Below, in pieces: positions 50,114 through 57,716 of a DNA stretch of 59,894 nt. Origin of the DNA: a virus (lineage: Duplodnaviria > Caudoviricetes); IMG/VR virus record IMGVR_UViG_3300033388_003934, positions 1 through 59,894 of that record. One strand, written 5' to 3'. The first letter of the stretch is position 1. Each line of letters starts with the position of its first letter. The notes beneath the pieces were generated by a model that did not search any database, was not told where the DNA came from, and worked only from the letters and a program-made list of their open reading frames with translations. Both the position numbers and the translations under genes were made by a program.

Positions 50114-50878
50114 TTAAAGTTTGATAGGATTTACAGCCATTGTATCTAAATTCATAAAAACACCATGTTGAGCGGTTCTATAATTTCTAAATAACTTCCA
50201 TAATAAATTCATACCAAATTCTGCTAATGTTGAATTAACTAATAAATCTTGTTTATTTAAAGCTTCTAAAGTACTACAGCTTGGAGTATCTTCATTTTCT
50301 TTTAATTTACCAATAGTTTTTTCCATTTCTATTATAGTAGGCATTGTAGGGTTATTAGCACCTTCAGGTTGGTTTATATGACCCATAGTTCCTAAAATTG
50401 CTTGTCCAAAATTATCTCCATTTCCAAAATCTAACCAATAATGGCAAGTATTATATGGACTTCTTGTTCTCAAATAGCATTTAGCTTTTTGAATGTCTTT
50501 TCTAATTTGAACATTATCTACACATGTTATTATAATATTAAATGGTATGCTTGGGTTATCAAAATCAATTTCAAACTTTCCTGGAATACTATCCCAATTA
50601 GTACTATAAAATCTGTTAATTCTTTCTATTGTTACATCTGCTTTAAATCTGTCTAAATCTGTTTCAGAGAATAATTGTCTACCAATATTTGCTCTTGAAA
50701 CTTTATCAGGATCATAGCATCTAACAAAAAATCCTGGGTGACCTAAGCCAATTAATCCAGCATTCATTCTTCCTAAAATAGCTAACACTGAACTACCAGT
50801 ACCTCCAGCTCCTATAACTGCTATAGTTACTTTATGTACTGGTGCTATCAATGTTTGCTCCATATAATGATATTTCAT
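50114..50878 (-). CDS. PRTRC system ThiF-family (E1-like) activating enzyme
   Basis: VIGAGGTGS, DPDKVSRANIGRQ, IITCVDN, YWLDFGN, PSCSTLEALNKQDLLVN. Confidence 0.9.
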   Translation of the reverse strand: MKYHYMEQTLIAPVHKVTIAVIGAGGTGSSVLAILGRMNAGLIGLGHPGFFVRCYDPDKVSRANIGRQLFSETDLDRFKADVTIERINRFYSTNWDSIPGKFEIDFDNPSIPFNIIITCVDNVQIRKDIQKAKCYLRTRSPYNTCHYWLDFGNGDNFGQAILGTMGHINQPEGANNPTMPTIIEMEKTIGKLKENEDTPSCSTLEALNKQDLLVNSTLAEFGMNLLWKLFRNYRTAQHGVFMNLDTMAVNPIKL

Positions 50879-51555
50879 ATTATATCTTTTAGCTTTTTTT
50901 TACGATAATTTGTTAAGTTTTTAGAATCTCCAAAACCATTTTTATCCCAAATAACATTAATATTGTTTTTGAAATTCTGATGGTTTAAATGTGTAAATTT
51001 TGATCTAAAAAATAGTTGTTCTATATGTTGTATCAATTTTTCTAAATTGCATATATTCCAATCTATACTTGCATTTCCCATACATACTTTACCATCATTA
51101 TATATATTATGAAATGGTGCATAAAAAAGATTAGTTTCTAATCCTTTAAAACATTTATAGGCATATACAGATAGCTTAGTATCTTTTATTTTAAATATTA
51201 AATTAGGTACACATTTAAATTCCTTAGAAATATTATGTTTTTCATCAAAATTCAAATTAATATGACTCTTTTTAAAAGTCCATATTAAATTTAATTCTTG
51301 ATTATTTGTATTAAAATAAATAACATTCTTAGGTATTAATCCTTTAAATTCATATTTACTTTTATCTAAACCTTCTATTTCTTTTAACAGTTTTCCTAAA
51401 ATTTTGATTCGTGCTGGTTTACCAGGTCCAAATGTAAATTTGTTTTCTTGTAATTCTCTAATTGCGTGTTCTTCTATATAAGTGTTAACTGTTTTTTCAG
51501 TTTTATACACAACTAAACTCATTACGGGTTTCATATACTCGGGAATTTCATTCAT
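50875..51555 (-). CDS. PRTRC system protein B (prokaryotic E2 family D)
   Basis: LFYAPFHNIYNDGKVCMGN...FFRSKFTH, with the putative catalytic Cys. Confidence 0.85.
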   Translation of the reverse strand: MNEIPEYMKPVMSLVVYKTEKTVNTYIEEHAIRELQENKFTFGPGKPARIKILGKLLKEIEGLDKSKYEFKGLIPKNVIYFNTNNQELNLIWTFKKSHINLNFDEKHNISKEFKCVPNLIFKIKDTKLSVYAYKCFKGLETNLFYAPFHNIYNDGKVCMGNASIDWNICNLEKLIQHIEQLFFRSKFTHLNHQNFKNNINVIWDKNGFGDSKNLTNYRKKKLKDII

Positions 51556-52573
51556 ATATTAAATACATACTTGCTAACCAATTTCTATAATTTTCAGGAA
51601 ATTCATCCTTTTTGTTTTTATTAAAAGGATTTTTAGCTGTTATTTGACATTCTTTATAAAATGGTAATATATCATAGTTTTGATAGTAATGATTTGCTTG
51701 TTCTTCATATCTATTAAAGACAACATCAGCTTCATCTACATTCCATAATAAATTAGCATAATATTCTGGTCCAAACCAAAAATCATCATCTTCATTAACG
51801 ATAGTTTTATAAGGTATATAATTATTAAAATCTTCTGTAATAATTTCAAACCCTTCTTCTATCCAAGCTAATATTTTCTGATCTTTATAGTTGTTAATTT
51901 TTATTTTACTGAGCATTTCTCTTAAAGATTTCTCAGTATGATTAGATTTTTGAAAATTAATTTTTTGCTCTAAAGGCATTACGGTTTTTTTATAAAATTT
52001 AATCGTTTCAAAAGCTTTTTTAATTTCATCTTTATCTAAATCTTCTACCCAGTCATTAATATAATCTTCACATATATCTACAATATAATCCATACCATGT
52101 AGAAAAGGAATATGAAAATGTTGTACTAAATAGGAGAAATACTCCCAAATGAAATTTTGCCAATCTTTTTTAAGACCCATAATCCAATATAATTCACTAC
52201 AAAATCCATTGTAATTTGTAGTGTTATCTTCAGCTGTCCATAATTCATAATCTCCATCATCATTTTTAGAAATTTTCCAGATATCTAAATCTTTTGTTAT
52301 TTCTTTTAATAGATAATGATTGAAATCATATATATTCATATTAGGCACATCATCTTTGATATAGTGTTTACCTATAGGATATAAAAAATTAAGTAACTTA
52401 GTAGGTTCCTCTTTAAAGATTAATTCAGATTTAGCTTTTAATATAGGGGTTTTAAGAGTGAAGAAGGAGTTTTCATTCTTTCTTCCATAATGACATTTAC
52501 TTTGTCTTTTTCTTCTTGCAAAATAATTATTGCGATACTGTGCCTCTGTTGAGGATAACATTTCTTTTTGCAT
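51548..52573 (-). CDS. PRTRC system protein F-like
   Basis: Position between protein C and protein B; acidic/aromatic helical protein. Confidence 0.55.
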   Translation of the reverse strand: MQKEMLSSTEAQYRNNYFARRKRQSKCHYGRKNENSFFTLKTPILKAKSELIFKEEPTKLLNFLYPIGKHYIKDDVPNMNIYDFNHYLLKEITKDLDIWKISKNDDGDYELWTAEDNTTNYNGFCSELYWIMGLKKDWQNFIWEYFSYLVQHFHIPFLHGMDYIVDICEDYINDWVEDLDKDEIKKAFETIKFYKKTVMPLEQKINFQKSNHTEKSLREMLSKIKINNYKDQKILAWIEEGFEIITEDFNNYIPYKTIVNEDDDFWFGPEYYANLLWNVDEADVVFNRYEEQANHYYQNYDILPFYKECQITAKNPFNKNKKDEFPENYRNWLASMYLIYE

Positions 52574-52608
52574 TTAGTCAGTTTTTTAAATAAATCTGTA
52601 TGTTTCAT

Positions 52609-52641
52609 AATCAGGGAACAACAAAGCGTTGCTCCCTAATT
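52609..52641 (-). promoter_or_regulatory. Conserved intergenic stem-loop, copy 4 (inside the PRTRC cluster)
   Basis: AAUUAGGGAGCAAC-GCUUU-GUUGUUCCCUGAUU. Confidence 0.8.
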
Positions 52642-52642
52642 A

Positions 52643-52870
52643 TTACTTCTTTGCAAAAAGATATTTCTTTAAATTTATGTCTTTACACATAGTAGTTTTA
52701 GTTGATAATTTTACTTTTTCACAACATAAATAACTTGTGTTCTTTCCGTAATTATCTGATACATAAGTGTCAAAATCGAATCTTGCAAATTCTGCATATC
52801 TTGCAAATTCTATAGATTCTATAACAACACTTGCAGTAGCATATTCAAATATGATAATGTATTGTATCAT
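52643..52870 (-). CDS. Hypothetical protein inserted in the PRTRC cluster
   Basis: 75 aa; ATGA-coupled; internal EFAR duplication. Confidence 0.5.
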   Translation of the reverse strand: MIQYIIIFEYATASVVIESIEFARYAEFARFDFDTYVSDNYGKNTSYLCCEKVKLSTKTTMCKDINLKKYLFAKK

Positions 52871-53037
52871 TTTTTCTTATTTAGATATTTTTTGAAATAT
52901 TCAAGATTAAAATTTGCACAAGTTTTTTTCAAGTGCATACAAATAGTATGAGATACATCTGCAAATGTTTCTGGAGATGTATGTTTCTTGACCTCTAATA
53001 GAGAGTCTGCTACGATAATGAAATCTTTTCTTGTCAT
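52867..53037 (-). CDS. 56-aa protein (not in ORF track)
   Basis: TAATG-coupled to protein C; MTRKDFIIVADSLLEVKK...ANFNLEYFKKYLNKKK*. Confidence 0.65.
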   Translation of the reverse strand: MTRKDFIIVADSLLEVKKHTSPETFADVSHTICMHLKKTCANFNLEYFKKYLNKKK

Positions 53038-53240
53038 TAGCCTTTTGTTCCTACATTATTTTTAAAAGTATAAACACATTTTTCATTTTCAATTTTTGGA
53101 CCTTCTACAGTAGCTGTAGTTAATTCCGGAAATTGACCTGAATAAAAATCTAAAACTTCATTGACAGTCATATCTTGCGAAGGATCTGCCAGTTCAGTTT
53201 TATTGAGTAAAAAGATTCTTTCAATTTTAGTTGCTTTCAT
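53037..53240 (-). CDS. PRTRC system protein C (prokaryotic ubiquitin-like)
   Basis: LADPSQDMTVNEVLDFYSGQFPELTTATVEGP...YTFKNNVGTKG; free C-terminal Gly. Confidence 0.9.
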   Translation of the reverse strand: MKATKIERIFLLNKTELADPSQDMTVNEVLDFYSGQFPELTTATVEGPKIENEKCVYTFKNNVGTKG

Positions 53241-54073
53241 TAGTATGTAAATGTTGATTGTGAACTATTAAATCTATTATCTCTTTCTTGTCTTATCATT
53301 TCTTCTTGTTCATCAGAAATTGGTTGAATATCATTGCCTACAGAATTATTTTCTTGAATAGGTGGAGTTTTATATTCTTCAATATTAGCTTCATCTACTC
53401 TTGCTTCAAATTCTTTATCTTGCCTATGCATTTCTTCATCTACATTTTCCATTTCTTTTTGAAACTTTGGTGTTCCATCAGGATAAGTAGATTGAACTGG
53501 TTCAGCTTTTGGTACATTAGGTAATGGTTGTATTTCTTCAACAACAGGTTCTTTAGGTGCTTCAACTTGACTAAACATATCTGGTTGAGAGTTATTTGCA
53601 TCACATTCTTTAACAAGTTGTGTAGCTTTACTAAACTTAGGATCATCTTTAAGAATTTGATTACAGATAAATTTACATTTATCATATTCTTTTTCATCCC
53701 AATATTTTTGAGCTTTCTCAAGTTGTTTAATTGAATGTTCTCTAACTTTCTTTTGCTTATCTTTTTCTGCTTTAGCAATTTCAGATTCTTCTTTAGCTTT
53801 TTCAACAGCTTTTTCGTGCTCATGCATATTTCTTAATAATCCACTTGATTTTTCTAAAGGAGTTTTTAGAAGCTGAAAAAATTGAGCATCAAATTCATCT
53901 ACAGTTCCAGTAAATAATATTGGTTGTAAATAATCTTTTGCATTGTCTTTGACTTTCTTTAATGGATTAACAGATACACATAATTCAGTTTCATTATTCT
54001 TTCGAATAGTAACATTAAGTGTTTCTGATACCAATAATAAGTCATTAATTTGTTTAAAAAAGGTTGTATTCAT
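53240..54073 (-). CDS. PRTRC system protein E
   Basis: FFKQI...LCVSV...LQPILFTGTVDEFDAQFF...P; coiled coil, TPR-like helices, QPDMF, acidic tail. Confidence 0.85.
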   Translation of the reverse strand: MNTTFFKQINDLLLVSETLNVTIRKNNETELCVSVNPLKKVKDNAKDYLQPILFTGTVDEFDAQFFQLLKTPLEKSSGLLRNMHEHEKAVEKAKEESEIAKAEKDKQKKVREHSIKQLEKAQKYWDEKEYDKCKFICNQILKDDPKFSKATQLVKECDANNSQPDMFSQVEAPKEPVVEEIQPLPNVPKAEPVQSTYPDGTPKFQKEMENVDEEMHRQDKEFEARVDEANIEEYKTPPIQENNSVGNDIQPISDEQEEMIRQERDNRFNSSQSTFTY

Positions 54074-54089
54074 ATATATATATTTTTAA

Positions 54090-54121
54090 AACTTAACCCA
54101 CAACAAAGTGTGAGTTAAGTT
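54090..54121 (-). promoter_or_regulatory. Conserved intergenic stem-loop, copy 5 (before PRTRC E)
   Basis: AACUUAACUCACA-CUUUGU-UGUGGGUUAAGUU. Confidence 0.8.
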
Positions 54122-54137
54122 GTATGCGTGCATACTT

Positions 54138-54515
54138 TTAATCAAATAGATTTCTATTCAAATTATTTCTTTGTTTAGTTAAAGCAGATGCTACAGAAAA
54201 TATAGCTTTTGCTCTTTTTTCTAAAGACTCTATGTACCTGTTAATATCTTCGACATTATTAGTTACATAATATCCTTTAGAACTACTTACTAAACAACTA
54301 ACTTTATCATATAATCTAATATGATTTATAATCTTCCTTATACGAGCTCCATTAACATCTTTATAATTAGATTTTAATTTTCTACACATTTCAGCATTGG
54401 TAATAGCATTACTTTTACCTATTCTTCTTTGTAGTCCTCTAATCATTGCAGGCATTAATATATTTTTCTCATAATCATTTAAGGGTGCTGTATGATCTTC
54501 AAATCCTGGTATCAT
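54138..54515 (-). CDS. Winged-HTH DNA-binding protein
   Basis: NAITNAEM...ARIRKIINHIR...LVSSSKGYY; likely ATG at 54515. Confidence 0.65.
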   Translation of the reverse strand: MIPGFEDHTAPLNDYEKNILMPAMIRGLQRRIGKSNAITNAEMCRKLKSNYKDVNGARIRKIINHIRLYDKVSCLVSSSKGYYVTNNVEDINRYIESLEKRAKAIFSVASALTKQRNNLNRNLFD

Positions 54516-54711
54516 TTCTTCTCCATTTTTCAATATCATCAACATTATCTCCTAATATCTCTTTACTTGCTCCCCATTGTTCCCAAGATTCATAGCATTT
54601 GCATCCATAAATAGTATGGATTTTATTGCTTTCATCTTTGCGAATAAACACTATTTCAGCGTGTTTTTCTTTTTTTGTGGGTTTTCTAATTTCAATAAGC
54701 TTTGTTGCCAT
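54499..54711 (-). CDS. Hypothetical protein
   Basis: 70-aa ORF (SWEQWGA). Confidence 0.55.
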   Translation of the reverse strand: MATKLIEIRKPTKKEKHAEIVFIRKDESNKIHTIYGCKCYESWEQWGASKEILGDNVDDIEKWRRNDTRI

Positions 54712-54713
54712 AA

Positions 54714-55001
54714 TTATGATATTTTAGGAAATGTTAAAGATTTATTATCACGAGATTGACCAAACAATGCTCCAGCATCATTACCTTCATCATCACTTGA
54801 TGGAAATAATAATGAACCATCACTTAATTCTAATACAATAGATTTATTGTGCCAGCCCATACCTTTCATTTCTTGATCAGTTAAATATCTTACATCTACA
54901 ATAGTTCTTCCTTCCAGATGTTTTCTTGCGTAATTTTCCCAATAATTATTATTTTCCATCTTTCTTTTTTTTCTGCTTTCCAAAATCTCTTCGGTCAACA
55001 A
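54714..55001 (-). CDS. Hypothetical phage protein
   Basis: LEGRTIVDVRYL...PSSDDEGNDAGAL; true start may be the internal MENNN. Confidence 0.6.
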   Translation of the reverse strand: MLTEEILESRKKRKMENNNYWENYARKHLEGRTIVDVRYLTDQEMKGMGWHNKSIVLELSDGSLLFPSSDDEGNDAGALFGQSRDNKSLTFPKIS

Positions 55002-55073
55002 ATTCTTGTTCTTTCTTAGTCATACTTGTGTATGTACCAGTTTTCTCGTAAAAGTCGCTTAAACGACCTGTAT

Positions 55074-55313
55074 TCATTTTTCTTGCCATTTTGCTTTTTC
55101 TTTTTTAGCTATTTCGAAGATATCATCTTCTGTATCTTCAATATTATTAACTCTTTTTTTAATATCTTCTTTAACTCTATATCTTCTTTCTTCTTCTGCA
55201 CAAGCTTGACAAGATAAATATGCTTCATAATCGCTTCCTACATATAGATCGCAAGTATGTCCTGTTCCACCTGTTGCAGCTAATAAAAATGTATCTTCTT
55301 CAAATTGACCCAT
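55074..55313 (-). CDS. Hypothetical protein (HxC...CxxC)
   Basis: 79-aa ORF. Confidence 0.5.
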   Translation of the reverse strand: MGQFEEDTFLLAATGGTGHTCDLYVGSDYEAYLSCQACAEEERRYRVKEDIKKRVNNIEDTEDDIFEIAKKEKAKWQEK

Positions 55314-55413
55314 TATTAAAACTTTAGAATAATTAGTATAAAAAGTAAAAGAATAAGCAAAGTGTTAACAATGCTTATTCTTAATGCTTTTCTTGCTGTA
55401 TAGCTACCTCTTC

Positions 55414-55614
55414 TCATGGTTGAACATTTGATGAGGTTTGTAATTTAATTTCTTTTTTATCGTAGTTATTAACTAAAGGTGCTACTTTATGTCCAATTCC
55501 ACTATTATATTTAGTAGAACAGCTTGTAGTAGCCATAATTGATAAAATAATTCCTGCTATCCATAGTACTGATACTATTCCAGCAAATACTGATTGTAAT
55601 GATAAGTTTTTCAT
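55414..55614 (-). CDS. Small membrane protein / lipoprotein
   Basis: Hydrophobic N-terminus ending TTSC. Confidence 0.5.
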   Translation of the reverse strand: MKNLSLQSVFAGIVSVLWIAGIILSIMATTSCSTKYNSGIGHKVAPLVNNYDKKEIKLQTSSNVQP

Positions 55615-55631
55615 TTGTTATAGTTTTTAAA

Positions 55632-55651
55632 ATTCAAACCACAACAAAGAA
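55632..55651 (-). promoter_or_regulatory. Half copy of the stem-loop element (3' arm only)
   Basis: UUCUUUGUUGUGGUUUGAAU with no complementary 5' arm. Confidence 0.55.
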
Positions 55652-55954
55652 TTATCTGCTTTTTAAATCTGGAGGAAAATAGTTATCAGGATCAATAATA
55701 TTAATTTGTCCTAATCTATACATTTTGCCTACTACTAAACTATCAGTAGTTATTATAATTTCAGCTTTTTTAGTTTTTGGATTATGTAAATGATACATAT
55801 TTACACGCACTTCTTGTACGACCTGGTATTTAGAACAACCTATAAATAGAAATATTAATAATATTGTAAACAGCTTATTTTCCATATATTTTCTTAAAAA
55901 GAATAACAAAACTAAGAGAGTAACCCATATTAGTATTGTTATAAAAGTAGTCAT
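55652..55954 (-). CDS. Putative lipoprotein
   Basis: N-terminal TM, then internal MENKLFTILLIFLFIG-C lipobox. Confidence 0.5.
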   Translation of the reverse strand: MTTFITILIWVTLLVLLFFLRKYMENKLFTILLIFLFIGCSKYQVVQEVRVNMYHLHNPKTKKAEIIITTDSLVVGKMYRLGQINIIDPDNYFPPDLKSR

Positions 55955-55968
55955 AATTTATGATACGG

Positions 55969-55998
55969 AAAAAAAAGGGAGCTGTTACACTCCCTTTT
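55969..55998 (-). terminator. Intrinsic terminator
   Basis: Minus strand GGGAG-UGUAACAG-CUCCC followed by U8. Confidence 0.8.
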
Positions 55999-56266
55999 AT
56001 GTTGAACAAATCAACGCACAAATTAGGCTGAATAGTTGGTAGTTATCACTTTTACTATTCATTACAGGTGTTATAAACCACTCGACCTACCTAAATTAAT
56101 ATGTAATAGAGTTATTCGGGTACTATCTTTCAAGCTACACTATATTCACCTCCATCCCCCATGAAGTTATCGTAGTTGGATTATTACATTTTTAGTTTTA
56201 AGAGCTATTCTTTTAGAATGTAACATAAACACCCCTGTCCATCTAACAAACTATAGGAAATAGCTC

Positions 56267-56581
56267 TTAATCTTTTGGTTTAATATCAAGATCATCTAAT
56301 GTTTTAACATCAAATCCAAGCATATTAGTTAAAGTACTATCAAATTTATCTTTCCACTTTTTATCATCTCTATCTTCTGAATTATCTTCTTCTAATAAAG
56401 CTTCTAAAGTTCTAAATTTTTTAATAATTTCTTCTAATATAACTGTTAGAGAAGAAGCTCTCTTGACATAATAATATTTATCTGACCCATCATTTGGTTT
56501 TGCGTCTAATTCTTTTAATCTTGTTTCAGCATGGTCTATACACCATCCTAAATTGTCTTGTAAATTTTCTTTTGTTATCAT
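56267..56581 (-). CDS. Hypothetical protein
   Basis: 104 aa; preceded by a stem-loop element. Confidence 0.6.
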   Translation of the reverse strand: MITKENLQDNLGWCIDHAETRLKELDAKPNDGSDKYYYVKRASSLTVILEEIIKKFRTLEALLEEDNSEDRDDKKWKDKFDSTLTNMLGFDVKTLDDLDIKPKD

Positions 56582-56606
56582 ATATTTAAAATTATATTGT
56601 AAAACT

Positions 56607-56645
56607 AAAGGACAACAACGGAATTTTTTTACGCTGTTGTCCTTT
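56607..56645 (-). promoter_or_regulatory. Conserved intergenic stem-loop, variant copy
   Basis: AAAGGACAACAGCG-11 nt loop-CGUUGUUGUCCUUU. Confidence 0.7.
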
Positions 56646-56727
56646 TTATCCTATAATGCTCTAATTGGATTATAGTTTTTGCAAATTTGTGCTTAAGATT
56701 GGTTCTTTAGAAATAGAACTATGTATG

Positions 56728-57048
56728 TTATTTTATTTCACAAGTGTATTCGATTTTTAAGTTAATACTATCTAATGAGCTGTAATAATTCTTCTTATAA
56801 AAGAATAATAGCTTATTATTTACAATAATAGGTTTAGCTAATACTTTCTCTCCATTAAGATTGATCATTGCTTTTTTTATTCTCCCTTTATTATCCAGTT
56901 TCATCTGGATAGAGTTTAAAACACAATGTCTTTTCAATAGTGAATATAGCTTTCCGGCTATCTTATAGTCGTTTTTTTTAAGCTTAAGTGAAATAGTTTC
57001 CAGGCTTTTTAATTGGTTTTCCATCAATAAGTGCGCTAATTTTGCCAT
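56728..57048 (-). CDS. Hypothetical basic protein
   Basis: 106-aa ORF. Confidence 0.5.
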   Translation of the reverse strand: MAKLAHLLMENQLKSLETISLKLKKNDYKIAGKLYSLLKRHCVLNSIQMKLDNKGRIKKAMINLNGEKVLAKPIIVNNKLLFFYKKNYYSSLDSINLKIEYTCEIK

Positions 57049-57111
57049 AATTTAATAATTTATAGGTTTAAAATATAATTGTAAAAAATGCAGATTATTA
57101 TATAAATAAAA

Positions 57112-57142
57112 AGCAAGACACAACAAAGTGTTGCGACTTGCT
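57112..57142 (-). promoter_or_regulatory. Conserved intergenic stem-loop (terminator-like copy)
   Basis: AGCAAGUCGCAACA-CUU-UGUUGUGUCUUGCU followed by UUUUAUUU. Confidence 0.75.
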
Positions 57143-57164
57143 CTAAAACGCACATTATGTTTTA

Positions 57165-57476
57165 TCATTCTATCTTACCTTTTTTAATAAATTTCTGCAC
57201 TTCAAATAGTAGTATTTTATCGTTTACTATTTGTTTTAATCTCCATTTTCTAAAATCGATAAATAGCAAAAATGTTAGCTTGATTACACTGTTATCAAAA
57301 TAATGCTCCATTTTAATATCTAATTTCTTTAATTTCATTAACTCAAGTTTTAAATGATACAAGAACATATTATACTCTTCTATAATATTTAGCATGTAGT
57401 AAAAACGAAATAATAAAAGTAGAAATATCGGTATAAATGAAATAAGTAATATTCCTGGGATCTCAATTGTTTCCAT
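57165..57476 (-). CDS. Hypothetical membrane protein
   Basis: N-terminal TM. Confidence 0.5.
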   Translation of the reverse strand: METIEIPGILLISFIPIFLLLLFRFYYMLNIIEEYNMFLYHLKLELMKLKKLDIKMEHYFDNSVIKLTFLLFIDFRKWRLKQIVNDKILLFEVQKFIKKGKIE

Positions 57477-57640
57477 ATTAGATTTTTAGGGGTTTATAAT
57501 AATTTGATTTTCTATTTACAATTTACAAAAAATATATCCTCGATCAGCCCGCCTGTAACATAAGAGGTTTATTCACGAGCCTATTGGCCTGCGAATGAAA
57601 GCGTGTGATGGAAGTCCATTTTAAAATCATAAAAAAATAA

Positions 57641-57656
57641 TCATAACAAAGTATGA
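57641..57656 (-). promoter_or_regulatory. Minimal copy of the stem-loop element
   Basis: UCAUA-CUUUGU-UAUGA, 10 nt before an ATG at 57630. Confidence 0.45.
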
Positions 57657-57661
57657 CGCAT

Positions 57662-57695
57662 AAAAAAGGGTACACATTTAGTAATGCATACCCTT
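57662..57695 (-). terminator. Intrinsic terminator
   Basis: Minus strand AAGGGUAUGCAUU-ACUA-AAUGUGUACCCUU-UUUU after ORF 57717-58526. Confidence 0.75.
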
Positions 57696-57716
57696 ATTAT
57701 TGAATTTAAAATTAAC

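Noticed and set aside
52780-52811. 14-nt direct repeat atcttgcaaattct x2
   Set aside because: Simple in-frame 18-nt duplication (EFARYAEFAR) in a hypothetical ORF; no sign of a target-site duplication.
55351-55380. Inverted repeat gaataagca...tgcttattc
   Set aside because: Lies inside a small TM-peptide ORF (55316-55417) and lacks the full conserved 3' arm, so not counted as a family member.
56023-56095. tRNA-like segment on the minus strand (GGUCGAGUGGUUUA resembles a D-loop)
   Set aside because: No T-arm (GUUCRA) or canonical cloverleaf; kept only as part of the candidate ncRNA.
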